Assembly: GCA_963823335.1 (NCBI GenBank)
Contig: CAWGLD010000001.1
Span: 416,001-480,000, forward strand
Source of the DNA: an uncultured delta proteobacterium
GTDB lineage: Bacteria; Desulfobacterota; Desulfobacteria; Desulfobacterales; B30-G6
DNA: 64,000 nucleotides
Direction of reading: 5' to 3'
In this document: positions 11,464-22,257 of the stretch, piece by piece
Numbering within the stretch: position 1 is the first letter of the stretch
Layout of the letters: each line of letters opens with the position of its first letter
Program-made: the position numbers and the translations under genes
The notes under the pieces: model-generated
What the model was told of the DNA's origin: nothing
The model's input: the letters and a program-made list of their open reading frames with translations, nothing else
Database searches by the model: none

Positions 11464-11913
11464 TTAATTATGGGTTGACGCCTTTTGGCAATCCGGGCAG
11501 ATACCGAAAAAATCGATTCGGTGATTGACAATCCGGTATCCTGTTTTCAGAATAATCCGCTGTTCCAGGGCGGTTATCTCGAGGTCATCTGCATCCATGA
11601 TCTGTGTGCATTTGGTGCAGATCACATGTGTATGCGGATTGGGTCGTTTTCCATCGTATCGATTGCTTCCCTTGCTGAATTCGAGTTCCATCACCGCCCC
11701 CATTTCCTTGGCAAGGGAAATTGTTTTGTAGACAGTCGCCTTGCTGGTCATGGGAAAATCGACCCTGACCCTTTCATAAATCTGATCCACCGTCGGGTGC
11801 GTGTCACTGGTAACCAGAATTTTCAGAACAGCCTGTCGCTGGGGTGTCATGCGATGCCCTGCCGCCTGCATCTGTTTTACCAATGGATGGATCATGGTGT
11901 ACGAATTCGTCAA
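11464..11913 (-). CDS. perR: Fur-family peroxide-stress regulator (PerR-like)
   Basis: RMTPQR, HPTVDQIY, ATVYKT, HTHVICTKC and CPDC; directly upstream of rubrerythrin. Confidence 0.85.
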   Translation of the reverse strand: MTNSYTMIHPLVKQMQAAGHRMTPQRQAVLKILVTSDTHPTVDQIYERVRVDFPMTSKATVYKTISLAKEMGAVMELEFSKGSNRYDGKRPNPHTHVICTKCTQIMDADDLEITALEQRIILKTGYRIVNHRIDFFGICPDCQKASTHN

Positions 11914-12042
11914 TGTCGGTATCCAAGGTGTCGGAAGCGTTCATGATTGTCAAGAATGATTATCTCTAAATAATAGATCTCTTGTTTGGCATCAGGGGTC
12001 TATAATGTCAAGCAATAAATTCGCCTGCGGAATTTTATCGCG

Positions 12043-13557
12043 TCAGGGTTCATCGATGGGATATGTATAGAGGAAGGACTTGTCAAACAAATCCGGATCC
12101 GTAAAATGTCCCCGACCGACCATCTTGATGGCGTGGTGGCCCCGTTGTCTCATATACCCAACGTTGGGTATGCCCATGGAAAAGAAGATATAGGGTTCGA
12201 TCCGCCAGGAGTCTTTCATGATACCCGTCGGTAAAAAAACGCTCTCCCTTTGTCCCGTATCTTTTGGCAGGGACTCCAGTATCTCGTATGGGAAAAGTGC
12301 ATAAGCGACACCGGAAGCAGACACCTGCTCCGTAAAAACTTTATGGACCTGATGCCACCCGGAGTTGACCCGCAGGTTCATCTGTTCTGCCGGAAATTTC
12401 TCCGGCAGCCACGCCGGGACCAGAGGGGCAATTTCGCCCGGTGTTGTTACAACCTTTGCAATGATAGCCTTTCGGGGGACAAAGAAATAATAACAGCCAC
12501 AATTGTTCATAATGTCCACCATCACAGGTTTCCCCGTTCTATCCAGGGTAACACGATAGCTTAAGCCATCCAGGGGACCGCGCTCTATCCAGGGTGCATT
12601 TTTACCGGCCCTTTCAGAATACCAGAAGGCGTAATTTATCTGCAGCGCCGGATAACCGTCCAGGAAACTGTGCGAGGTATAATAATAGACGACCGGTTGT
12701 CCGGTATCGACCCGGACCCGGTTATCTTGCCATACAATTTGACCGATTCGATCATAATCGTTGACCACGTCCTGATGTATGATGGGCGCAAACATGTTTG
12801 CCAGATACCGTTCATCCAGTGCCGTTAAAACAGGCAAACCAAAAACATCCAGAGAAAGCGGATCATACAGGCGGTTCATGAAGGTCTGCTGATCCGTTGA
12901 ATCGTGCGATTCGGGATAAAAGCGCATCAGCCGGCCATCGATGTCAAGATCGTTCAAAGGTGTTCGATGCCATTTTTCAACCCGGCTGTAAGCCATAGAT
13001 GTAGCAATGCTGACGGGGATGCACGCCAGCGGATATAGACCAAAAAATCGTGCCACGCTGGAATACTCATCCGGTATTTTAACGGCTCTCTTCAAAATTT
13101 CCATGAAATCGGGGTTGGTCTGGTCGTCACCTAACATTCTGATGGCATAGGTTTCCGTCTTTTGATAAATCGTATCATCATCGACCGTTTCCCCGGTCGC
13201 CCTGGAAATCTCCATCAATGCTGCCGCGGAAAGAGTGGAAAGCTCCTTTCGGCGGGAAGCTAAACCCAGTTTCAGCATTTGCTCGACCCAGTAGGCGCCA
13301 GCATCGGGAGAGACCAGTCGCTCTTTCATAGCCGCCAAAAATCGATTGCTTCTCAGATATGGAAATCCCGGGACCTCGAATCCAGAGGCATCCGAAACAG
13401 CATATTTTTTAACGGTCGTGTCGAGATGCTTGAAAAACAGAGTGGCACGCGCATCCCTGGGAAACGATTCGATCTCTTTCTGGACCATGGTGCCGGCGCA
13501 CCCCAGCAGGAAAAGCCAAAAGATTCCAATGACTATAGGTAAAATTCTATTCATCAT
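12043..13557 (-). CDS. Hypothetical lipoprotein
   Basis: 504 aa ORF with lipobox LLGC; no family recognised. Confidence 0.75.
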   Translation of the reverse strand: MMNRILPIVIGIFWLFLLGCAGTMVQKEIESFPRDARATLFFKHLDTTVKKYAVSDASGFEVPGFPYLRSNRFLAAMKERLVSPDAGAYWVEQMLKLGLASRRKELSTLSAAALMEISRATGETVDDDTIYQKTETYAIRMLGDDQTNPDFMEILKRAVKIPDEYSSVARFFGLYPLACIPVSIATSMAYSRVEKWHRTPLNDLDIDGRLMRFYPESHDSTDQQTFMNRLYDPLSLDVFGLPVLTALDERYLANMFAPIIHQDVVNDYDRIGQIVWQDNRVRVDTGQPVVYYYTSHSFLDGYPALQINYAFWYSERAGKNAPWIERGPLDGLSYRVTLDRTGKPVMVDIMNNCGCYYFFVPRKAIIAKVVTTPGEIAPLVPAWLPEKFPAEQMNLRVNSGWHQVHKVFTEQVSASGVAYALFPYEILESLPKDTGQRESVFLPTGIMKDSWRIEPYIFFSMGIPNVGYMRQRGHHAIKMVGRGHFTDPDLFDKSFLYTYPIDEP

Positions 13558-13564
13558 CTTTTCC

Positions 13565-13644
13565 AGTCAAAGGAGACGGCATGTCTCCTTAAGTTCAGGT
13601 TCGGAACCGCGTTCCAAGCATGCGGTTTGTAGAACAATCAATGC
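13565..13644. repeat. ~80 bp two-hairpin repeat, family A, copy 2
   Basis: Near-identical to 4714-4794. Confidence 0.9.
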
Positions 13645-13793
13645 CTTCGGACGGCATTTGCGCTTCGCGCGTGATTGATTGTTGCCAATAGCTGACGGCT
13701 TAAGCTAAAACTTAAAACGGTTAATAATGCCATACAGGATAGAACGCTCTGTCAGAAAAACAGCGTCTCAGGGGTTACTCTGACCCGATGAAC

Positions 13794-14396
13794 TCAGAGC
13801 AGCTGTCTGAGGAAGGACACACCAAAACAGGATGCGATAATGTTGATGACACCCGCATCCATCCGGTGCTCATTGCCTGACAAGGTATTACAGGGAAATT
13901 CACGCCAGTTTATGTCCACGGACAAGTCCGGCTCCGGCTCTTCGGAAAGGGTCAATGGCCAGAGAGAGCAGGCCATTGGTTTCAAGTCCACCGGGGAGAC
14001 CCGAAGATCAAGCGCCACCGAGTGAAGAGCACAAAAGGTTTCACCCGAAGATTTTGCATAGGTAAAGACACAGGATTCATCCTCGTTGGCGTCGATACAA
14101 AAGCTTGCATCATCACATTCTTCGAACACGTTTTTGAATCCCTGGCCATTTTTTATGCTAGGGGTATAACGGGCTATCAGGGGAAAACATCCCACAATTC
14201 TCTCAAGCTCCGACTGACTGACATGCGGAACATACCTGGAGCAGCAGGAAGGGCAGTTCCTGCATGTTTTGGGATGGCATTTATGACGAATGGTCTTGAG
14301 AGCGGCAAGGTCCACCCGTATGCCATGGATGATGGGCTTGGGATCTTTGATCATGTTTCTAGAATCGATACACGGTTGGTCTGCAATTCTTGTCAA
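13794..14396 (-). CDS. Cys-rich DUF3109/YkgJ-like Zn or Fe-S protein
   Basis: CxxxxCxxCxxCC, CVF, CALH and KPMACSLWP pattern; start uncertain. Confidence 0.65.
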   Translation of the reverse strand: MTRIADQPCIDSRNMIKDPKPIIHGIRVDLAALKTIRHKCHPKTCRNCPSCCSRYVPHVSQSELERIVGCFPLIARYTPSIKNGQGFKNVFEECDDASFCIDANEDESCVFTYAKSSGETFCALHSVALDLRVSPVDLKPMACSLWPLTLSEEPEPDLSVDINWREFPCNTLSGNEHRMDAGVINIIASCFGVSFLRQLL

Positions 14397-15594
14397 TATC
14401 GATACCGATGGTATCCCCGGTTTTGAAGCCTAGTGCCTGGAATCTCTTGACCACTTCTTCATATCTGTCCGCATGCCAGTAGACACTCCACAAGGGGTTT
14501 CTTACCGTATCGATACCGTAGGCATCGTGGCTGCAGAAATTGAAACGAACCTTCTCCTTGGCAATCAAGGTATCGGCTTCAGAAATAAAATAATCGGTGG
14601 CATAGATGTTGTTCTGCAAGGCTTTAGACAATCGGCGCTGCTGTTCGGGTGTGTCATCCAGGTAGTGGTTCGCCACCTGATACAGTCCTTCCGGCGCCTT
14701 GAGACTCAGCCCGAGAATACCGAAACGCTGATGCATGAGGGCAAATTTTTCCATTTGGTTTTCAGCATCTTCGATAATGGCAAGCACATCCTCGATCTGC
14801 CACGTTTTATCTGTCCAGCCATGGTAAAGTTTTTCACATCCGCCGATGACGTTCAGATAAAAGGCCCGCATGTCAATCACGTAGATAGGCCGTTCACGAT
14901 AACTTCTGCGAATCCGGCATCGGCGGACCCCGTCCAGAACCACAGACCGTTCCACCTCTGTCTGCTCGAGCATCTCAATACCAGAAATGTCTTTGGCCTG
15001 CACCACATGGATCTGGTCCTCTTTATCGATAATGTATTCAATTTCGCACTTGAAACCAAGATAGTCCTGAACTTTTTTGGAGATTTCGAGCAGGTGAAGG
15101 TTGTGAGGTGTTTGGGTAATGTGCGGGTCATTCTGAAGCTTGCCGACCTCGTTTTGGCAGTACCCGAACTCCCAGTAATCACCGATCATCTTGGCCATCA
15201 CGCTGGTACCTTCTATCAGGGGCATAACGATGATGCCCGTGGCTTCAGGATCGATCTCCGGTGCATGGTAAAACTTCTGCTGGCGTTTGAAACTCAGACG
15301 GCGCGTTGTCAGGGCCATTTTTATGATTCGTTTTCGTGCATATTTGACACCGCCGATATCGGCATATGTCTGCAGGGAATCAAAGGTGCCACCCCGATAG
15401 AATTCCTCCATGGGATGAGCGCTTCGAGCCAGAATTTTGTAGCTCTCGCGGTGTTTTTCGAGAAATTTTTCCAGTTCCTCGAAATCCTCGTTTTCAAAAT
15501 TCTGGGCCGGAACATACAGAAAATCAGGAACATTGAATTTCCCTTTTGTCAGCTTTTCCAGCAAGCGTGCTTTTTCGGGTACTTCTAGTGCCAT
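14359..15594 (-). CDS. Hypothetical protein with a PEP-synthase/PPDK nucleotide-binding-like N-terminal region
   Basis: KA..L..L....FNVPDF, ARSAHPME...GGTFDS and EIEY...VVQAK resemble the PPDK_N ATP-grasp motifs. Confidence 0.6.
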   Translation of the reverse strand: MALEVPEKARLLEKLTKGKFNVPDFLYVPAQNFENEDFEELEKFLEKHRESYKILARSAHPMEEFYRGGTFDSLQTYADIGGVKYARKRIIKMALTTRRLSFKRQQKFYHAPEIDPEATGIIVMPLIEGTSVMAKMIGDYWEFGYCQNEVGKLQNDPHITQTPHNLHLLEISKKVQDYLGFKCEIEYIIDKEDQIHVVQAKDISGIEMLEQTEVERSVVLDGVRRCRIRRSYRERPIYVIDMRAFYLNVIGGCEKLYHGWTDKTWQIEDVLAIIEDAENQMEKFALMHQRFGILGLSLKAPEGLYQVANHYLDDTPEQQRRLSKALQNNIYATDYFISEADTLIAKEKVRFNFCSHDAYGIDTVRNPLWSVYWHADRYEEVVKRFQALGFKTGDTIGIDIDKNCRPTVYRF

Positions 15595-15785
15595 GGAGTC
15601 CCTAAACAGGATAATCGAAGGATGTTAGCGGTTTTCTGGTCGAGGATTTCACCAGGTCCTGTTCTCTTTGCCAACCAGCTGGTCGAACCGGCAAAAAACA
15701 TTATTTCTTGACCTTGTCTTTTCGAACAGGTAAGCTCTCGACTGAGTGCTCACTCGAATGTAAATCATATCATGACAATTTCCAA

Positions 15786-16376
15786 ATGTCCAAAAAAAAA
15801 AGCGACATCCTGAAAACCGCCACACGCCTGTTTGCACATAAAGGTTTCCGCCAGACCTCCATGGCCGAACTTTCCCGCTTGAGCAAGGCTGCAGAAGGTA
15901 CCATTTTCTACTACTTTAAAACCAAGGAAAATCTGTTGGTTGCCGTCCTTGAAAACGCCAGAGACGCCATCGTCGACGCTTTCAGAGACGCTATGCGTGA
16001 CAAGGTCTCCCTCTCCGGAATCGACAGGATCGAAGCCCTGCTGACCTTCTATCTCCATCAAACCGAACACATGCAGGAAGAATTCTTAATTCTCCATCGA
16101 CACTTTCCCTATGAAAAGGCGGAAGCGAATTCGTTGTGCAGAGAGTATCTGGCGTCGATTTACAACTGCGTATTGGACCATCTGGAAGCAGCCCTTGCAA
16201 GGGGGCGGGAAGACGGAACCATTACGGCAGCACCCGGCAGCAACACTGCCATGATCCTTTTTTCATCGCTTGACGGCATGGCCCGTTTCAATACCTTACG
16301 TATCTACAATACCGGCACCCTTTACACGGAGTTCATGATGATGTGCAGAAAAATGCTGACCTTCAGGAATGGATGA
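15786..16376 (+). CDS. TetR/AcrR-family regulator
   Basis: ILKTATRLFAHKGF...GTIFYYFKTKE HTH. Confidence 0.9.
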   Translation: MSKKKSDILKTATRLFAHKGFRQTSMAELSRLSKAAEGTIFYYFKTKENLLVAVLENARDAIVDAFRDAMRDKVSLSGIDRIEALLTFYLHQTEHMQEEFLILHRHFPYEKAEANSLCREYLASIYNCVLDHLEAALARGREDGTITAAPGSNTAMILFSSLDGMARFNTLRIYNTGTLYTEFMMMCRKMLTFRNG

Positions 16377-18560
16377 ATGTTTAAAAAACTATTGCCATTT
16401 TTAGCCTGGTTCGACCGCTATAATCTTGACATCGCTAAAAAAGATCTGTCGGGAGGCATTACCGTCGCCCTCGTCCTTATCCCGCAGTCCATGGCCTATG
16501 CGCAGCTGGCAGGTCTTCCCATCCAGGCCGGTTTGTACGCGTCCCTGCTCCCTCCGATCATTGCCATCCTCTTTGGGTCAAGCTGGCAGCTTTCCACAGG
16601 CCCGGTTGCCGTCGTTTCTTTAATGACGGCTGCCGCTCTGGAGCCGATTGCCACCACCGGAAGCCTGGGCTATATGTCCTATGCCCTGCTGCTGGCATTC
16701 ATGGTGGGGCTTTTTCAGTTTTTGCTGGGTATCTTGAAGCTCGGCTTGATTATCAATCTTCTCTCACACCCCGTAATCAATGGTTTCACCAATGCCGCCG
16801 CCCTGATCATTGCGACATCCCAGCTGCCCAAGATGCTGGGGATACACATAGACCCCGGCAGCTACCATTATGAAACACTCATCCGGGTTGTAGAAACCGC
16901 TATCCTGTACACGCACTGGCCGACACTCCTGATGGGCGTTTTAGCTTTTGTCATCATGGTCGTCACCAAGCGTCTCGACAGCCGATGCCCGGGTGTCCTG
17001 ATGGCAGTCGTTGTAACGACCCTCATCTCATGGGCACTTCATTTCGAGCACAATATCAGCGTCAACATATCGGCCATAAAACATAGCGAAACAGCCCATT
17101 TGATAGAAAACTTCAATCAAATGAGCCTGATGATTCCGACCCTCTCCGAGCAGCGCGCCCTCCAGAAAAACAAACAGCTGTCCGCTAAAAAAGAAAATGA
17201 TATCTTCGCCATGCTGGATGCCCGTAGAGAGGTGGATGGGCTTACCGTTCAAATCGATCAACTGAAATACCAGATTCACCTCATTCGTAAAAATATCAGG
17301 CACCTGTTGTTTGTCCAGGTAATACAACCCGATGGCAGAATCAGTTTTATGGAAAAATCCAGCGTTAACCAGGGCAAAGCGCTGGACAAGCGGATTTATC
17401 GTATTTCTGTGGGCAATAATGCCATCGATCCAGATCAGGTCACCTTTATGGGTGGTGGTGAAGTTGTGGGACAGATACCGACAGGTATGCCCTCGTTGAA
17501 GGCGGTACCATTCAACACATCCATCTTCAGTCACCTGCTGCCTTTTGCTGTTATCATTGCCCTGCTCGGCTTTATGGAAGCCATCTCCATTGCCAAGGCA
17601 ATGGCGGCAAAAACGGGCCAGCGGCTTGACCCCAACCAGGAGCTGCTGGGGCAGGGACTGGCCAACATGACCGGCTCCTTTTCCGGCGGTTACACGGTTT
17701 CCGGTTCCTTTTCCCGCTCAGCGGTGAACCTCAAAGCAGGTGCTGTTACGGGCATGTCATCTGTTTTCTCCAGTCTGATCGTACTGGCATGTCTGCTTTT
17801 TTTTACACCCCTTCTCTACCATCTCCCGCAATCCGTACTGGCGGCAGTGATCATGATGGCGGTGGTAGGACTGATCAATATTTCCGGTTTTGTCTACGCC
17901 TGGCGTGTCAAACACCACGACGGCATCATTTCGGTACTCACATTTCTGAGTACGCTCATATTTGCACCCCATCTTGACAAAGGTCTTTTCGTGGGTGTCG
18001 GACTTTCTCTGATGGTATTTCTGTACAAGTCCATGCGTCCCGCCATTGCGTCTCTGTCTTTGAGCACAGACAAGGGACTGCACGATGCGCTGGTCTTCGG
18101 GCTCAAGACCTGTCGCTACATCGATGTTGTCCGCTTTGATGGTCCGCTCTTTTTTGCCAATTCGAGTTATCTCGAAGAACAGATAGCCAGCCATCGTAAA
18201 AACCAGCCTGCTCTGAGGCACATCCTCCTGGTATCCAACGGCATCAACGATATCGATGCTTCCGGACAGGAAACATTGTCTCTTTTGATCGACAGGACCA
18301 GAAGCGCCGGGATCGATATCTCCTTGAGTGGCGTCAACGATTCTGTCATGACGGTGTTGGAACGTACCCACCTGGTTGCCAAGATCGGCCGGGATCATAT
18401 TTTCCCTAACACCCATACGGCCTTGCGCTTCATCCATGGAAAAACACATAAAGACAACGAAGTCGAAAACTGCCCATTGAAAAATGTGGTTTTCCAAACA
18501 CCTGCAAAAGGAAAGACAGATCAAAACGACATTGAAGTCGACCAGGACTGGACGGTATAG
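16377..18560 (+). CDS. SulP/SLC26 anion transporter with STAS domain and a large soluble insertion
   Basis: LIPQSMAYAQLAG, NQELLGQG, GSFSRSAVN and RFDGPLFFAN. Confidence 0.95.
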   Translation: MFKKLLPFLAWFDRYNLDIAKKDLSGGITVALVLIPQSMAYAQLAGLPIQAGLYASLLPPIIAILFGSSWQLSTGPVAVVSLMTAAALEPIATTGSLGYMSYALLLAFMVGLFQFLLGILKLGLIINLLSHPVINGFTNAAALIIATSQLPKMLGIHIDPGSYHYETLIRVVETAILYTHWPTLLMGVLAFVIMVVTKRLDSRCPGVLMAVVVTTLISWALHFEHNISVNISAIKHSETAHLIENFNQMSLMIPTLSEQRALQKNKQLSAKKENDIFAMLDARREVDGLTVQIDQLKYQIHLIRKNIRHLLFVQVIQPDGRISFMEKSSVNQGKALDKRIYRISVGNNAIDPDQVTFMGGGEVVGQIPTGMPSLKAVPFNTSIFSHLLPFAVIIALLGFMEAISIAKAMAAKTGQRLDPNQELLGQGLANMTGSFSGGYTVSGSFSRSAVNLKAGAVTGMSSVFSSLIVLACLLFFTPLLYHLPQSVLAAVIMMAVVGLINISGFVYAWRVKHHDGIISVLTFLSTLIFAPHLDKGLFVGVGLSLMVFLYKSMRPAIASLSLSTDKGLHDALVFGLKTCRYIDVVRFDGPLFFANSSYLEEQIASHRKNQPALRHILLVSNGINDIDASGQETLSLLIDRTRSAGIDISLSGVNDSVMTVLERTHLVAKIGRDHIFPNTHTALRFIHGKTHKDNEVENCPLKNVVFQTPAKGKTDQNDIEVDQDWTV

Positions 18561-18728
18561 AAAAGGAGAGCTTCGAGGATGATACAAGGGTGATAAGAGG
18601 GTTAGGGTAGCTGACGGTAGTGAGCGGACAGCTATCAGTAGCAATAAATTACGCCCGAAGGGCTAATGACCATAAATGACAGCCGAAGGCGCAAATGTCG
18701 CACAACGTGCAGAGGAGAGAGAAAAAGC

Positions 18729-19946
18729 ATGGCCATTATCAAACTGTTCAGTGGCTCCCATTGTCTCCACGAGGAGGTGGTTCGAAATATCATTGAAACC
18801 ACCGGTTATCAGAAAATAACGGATCAAGACGTGGTGCAGACATCTGCAAAACTTTCCAGCATGTCGGAAATGAAATTGTTTCGGGCTTTCGCGGCCAGGG
18901 AATCTGTATTCAATAAATTCACCCGGGAAAAAGAAACCGCTGTGGCCCATTTAAAACTTGCCTTATCCCATTTGTTGGATAAAAATGAATTCATCATCAG
19001 TGGCTATTCCGCACTGCTGTTGCCTAGAAAAATCAGCCACGCCATCGGGGTTTGTCTGATTGCCGATTTACAATCCAGAATTTCCAATGCTGTCGAACGG
19101 GAATTGTTGTCCAGAAAAGAGGCCCAAAAATCAATCCGGCGCTCTGATAGAGATTGTGCTGCCTGGACAAACCTGCTTTTTAACATGGATGATCCGTGGA
19201 ACCCTTCACTGCATGACATGGTGATCCCGATGGACAAAAAAAAACCTGAAGAAGCTGCAAATACAATCATTCAAAATGCAGCCAAGGACGTAATTCGAGC
19301 GACTTCCGGTTCAAACCAGGCTGTCATAGACTTCAGGCTTGCCACAGAGGTTGACGTTGCCCTGGCCCGCAGCGGTCATCACTGCGGCGTCGATGCCGAC
19401 GCAGGTGAAATCACCCTGACCATCAACAGACCGGTGCTTGTATTGAACCGCCTTGAAGAAGAGCTGAAGAGTCTCGTCGAGAAAATCCCGGGCGTTTCCG
19501 CCGTCAATACGGTTGTGGGGAAATCGTTTCACCAATCCAGCATCTACCGCAAACACGACTTCGAATTACCCTCGAAAGTGCTGCTGGTAGATGATGAACG
19601 CGAGTTCGTCGAAACACTCTCAGAACGACTCCAGATCAGAGACGTAGGCGCTGCCGTGGCTTATGATGCCAAATCAGCCATGGCAGTCGTCGCCCAGGAC
19701 GAACCGGATGTAATGATTATTGACCTCAAAATGCCGGGAATCGACGGCATGGAGATGCTCCAGAGAATCAAACAGACCCGACCCAACATCGAAGTAATTG
19801 TTTTGACCGGCCATGGATCCAGGGACGACCAGGAACAGTGTATGGCCATGGGGGCTTTCGCCTATCTGCAGAAACCGGTGAATATCGACGAACTGGGAGA
19901 TATCCTTAAAAAGGCCCATGCCAAAATCAACAGCGGCAAGGAATAG
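18729..19946 (+). CDS. Cytidylate-kinase-like domain fused to a C-terminal receiver domain
   Basis: CMK-like N-domain; LLVDDE...DLKMPG...LTGHG...KP receiver. Confidence 0.85.
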   Translation: MAIIKLFSGSHCLHEEVVRNIIETTGYQKITDQDVVQTSAKLSSMSEMKLFRAFAARESVFNKFTREKETAVAHLKLALSHLLDKNEFIISGYSALLLPRKISHAIGVCLIADLQSRISNAVERELLSRKEAQKSIRRSDRDCAAWTNLLFNMDDPWNPSLHDMVIPMDKKKPEEAANTIIQNAAKDVIRATSGSNQAVIDFRLATEVDVALARSGHHCGVDADAGEITLTINRPVLVLNRLEEELKSLVEKIPGVSAVNTVVGKSFHQSSIYRKHDFELPSKVLLVDDEREFVETLSERLQIRDVGAAVAYDAKSAMAVVAQDEPDVMIIDLKMPGIDGMEMLQRIKQTRPNIEVIVLTGHGSRDDQEQCMAMGAFAYLQKPVNIDELGDILKKAHAKINSGKE

Positions 19947-20075
19947 ATACCCGGAGGCAGGCGTCTGAAGCCAAAAGTAAGGAGTAAGACGTCAAAAGAA
20001 AAGACCTCTGTTTAGCGATTGTCAGGTTTGTCCTAGCTGCAAGGAACCCATCACAACAAGCTGGAGATATCAACC

Positions 20076-21545
20076 GTGCTGGATAAATTTAAACCCAGAT
20101 TTTGGGATCATTTAGAATTTCCCGGAGACGATCACCGTCAATCCTATGGTTTACGCCGAAAATGGAAACTCATGGTGGCGCTCACGCTTATTGTCGCCCT
20201 TGTACCGTTTTTAAGTCTTTCCTTTGTCAGCTATCAGTCCATACGAGAGGCCGCCCACTCCGAAGCCATGGGTCAGACACGACGGCTGCTTGAAAACCTG
20301 CAGCAGGTTATCGTCTATCTTATGTCTGAAGATCAGGAAGCGTTGGGCATGAAAACCGGAAAATATTCCACCGAAAACAAGGCAGGTTCCAGAAAAGTGT
20401 CTCAGCTGCTTTCAAAAATAGCCATCGGGAAAGGTGAATCGCTCTTTATTGCCGACACCAACGACCTGGAGAAAAACCTTGCCAGCTGCTGTAAACGCAT
20501 TCAACAAAAAATTGTCTCGTCCCTGCCCGGGAATGATAGTGAAAGCCAGGTCTTCCAGATAAAAGACGACGAGGGGAACCCGTTGATCGTCGGTCATATA
20601 AAAATCCCTGAAACATCCCTGTTGCTGGTCCTCATTCAGAGAGAAGAAATCCTTCTGACAGTCTGGCGCGTATCCTGGATCAAGTTAGCCAGCTTCTACG
20701 GTGCTGGCATTCTGGCCATTCTGGTCATGGTCCTGACCACCGCTACCTATGTCATCAACAAGATACACGTGGCAGACGAACAGCGTATCATGGACCTGCA
20801 TCAAATGGAGTACCATAACAAAATGACGTCCCTGGGCAGACTGTCTGCCGGCATCGCCCACGAAATCAACAATCCCCTGTCCATCATCAACGAAAAAATC
20901 GGTCTCATAAAAGATTTGCTGGTATACCAGACCGACGAGCTGCCCGTGGAAAGACTCGTCACACTGATCAATGATGTGGCGGTTCCCATCCAGCGTTGCG
21001 GCAATGTGACCCACAGACTCTTAAATTTCGGCCGGCATATCGAAACCTCTTTTGAGCCGGTGGATCTTTCCCAGATTCTGTATGATATTGTTGACCTGCT
21101 TAAAAAGGAAGCCGAGTTCAGAGATATCGACATTTATACGAAATTCCCGGACAACTTTCCTGAAATTACAAGCAACAAAGGCAATCTGGAACAGATTTTT
21201 CTCAACGTGATGAACAACGCCTTTACAGCCATGCAATCGGGCGGGCGACTGGATATCGAGGTCCGTAACACGCACCCGGATCATATGGCCATATCCTTTG
21301 AGGATACCGGATGCGGCATGTCCCAGGAAGACGTCAAATACGTTTTCGAACCTTTTTTCTCCTCCAAGAGCACCGGGACAGGGCTAGGTCTCTCCGTCAC
21401 CTATGCACTGGCAAAGGAACTGGGCGGAAATATATCGGTTACCAGCACAGAAGGAAAAGGAACCCGGTTCATTGTTGAACTGCCCCTTAAACCACCTCAC
21501 AAGAAAGACAGGGCAGCCTTTGCGGTTCCCGGGGTTGAAAGGTAA
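20076..21545 (+). CDS. Membrane sensor histidine kinase
   Basis: Two TM segments; AHEINNPL H-box; N, G1 (DTGCG), F and G2 (GTGLGL) boxes. Confidence 0.95.
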   Translation: MLDKFKPRFWDHLEFPGDDHRQSYGLRRKWKLMVALTLIVALVPFLSLSFVSYQSIREAAHSEAMGQTRRLLENLQQVIVYLMSEDQEALGMKTGKYSTENKAGSRKVSQLLSKIAIGKGESLFIADTNDLEKNLASCCKRIQQKIVSSLPGNDSESQVFQIKDDEGNPLIVGHIKIPETSLLLVLIQREEILLTVWRVSWIKLASFYGAGILAILVMVLTTATYVINKIHVADEQRIMDLHQMEYHNKMTSLGRLSAGIAHEINNPLSIINEKIGLIKDLLVYQTDELPVERLVTLINDVAVPIQRCGNVTHRLLNFGRHIETSFEPVDLSQILYDIVDLLKKEAEFRDIDIYTKFPDNFPEITSNKGNLEQIFLNVMNNAFTAMQSGGRLDIEVRNTHPDHMAISFEDTGCGMSQEDVKYVFEPFFSSKSTGTGLGLSVTYALAKELGGNISVTSTEGKGTRFIVELPLKPPHKKDRAAFAVPGVER

Positions 21546-21591
21546 TTTTTCGGATCCTTCTCAAAAGATGAGGATCCAACGGAGAACACAG

Positions 21592-22257
21592 ATGCATCGA
21601 GACGACACCATCGTATGCAAGGAAACGTTGCAGTATATGAAGGCCATGCTGCCAGTATTTTCACACGAGGCAAAAAATGTGCTGGCCATCATCAACGAAA
21701 ATGCCGGCTTGATGGATGATTACATCCTGATGGCCCAAAAAGGGAAAACCCTCGACCTGGAGCGACTCAGTTCCCTGTCCGCATCCATCAGGAAACAGGT
21801 TGCACGCTTCAACACATTGATTACGGATGTCCGCCAGGTCGCCGACGGACTCGATAATGCCACACAGGATATCTGCCTGGTCCACCATACCAGGCAGATA
21901 TCGGAGTTGCTGTCAGCCAAAGCAGCCATGCGATCTATCCAGTTTCATGTGTGCGCCATTCAAGAACCGATCCTCATTCGCACGCGACCGGTGTTGTTGC
22001 GCCACATAATCTGGAGCTGCCTCGATTACGCCATACATGCCGGCGAACGGGGCCGGCAGCTCCGGTTGTGTCTGGAAACAAGAGTTGAAAATGCGGTCGT
22101 TCTCATATCCGGAATCGACAATCTGACAACGGAATCCATTTCCGCCATCATGCCGGACGAGCAGCGCAGTGTCGTGCTCTCGGCGCTGAATGCCGAACTG
22201 GCAATCGATGTAAATGAAAAAACACTGTTGGTAAAAATAGGGAAACAGCATGCCTGA
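21592..22257 (+). CDS. Degenerate histidine kinase / phosphotransfer protein
   Basis: SHEAKNVLAIINENAGL H-box present; ATPase G-boxes not recognisable. Confidence 0.7.
   Translation: MHRDDTIVCKETLQYMKAMLPVFSHEAKNVLAIINENAGLMDDYILMAQKGKTLDLERLSSLSASIRKQVARFNTLITDVRQVADGLDNATQDICLVHHTRQISELLSAKAAMRSIQFHVCAIQEPILIRTRPVLLRHIIWSCLDYAIHAGERGRQLRLCLETRVENAVVLISGIDNLTTESISAIMPDEQRSVVLSALNAELAIDVNEKTLLVKIGKQHA

Noticed and set aside
11950-11976. Fur/PerR box upstream of perR (GATAATCATTCT on the minus strand)
   Set aside because: Only a partial match to the consensus; not enough to call
14473-15588. 371 aa plus-strand ORF
   Set aside because: Lies entirely antisense to the 411 aa minus-strand gene, which has protein-like composition and motifs
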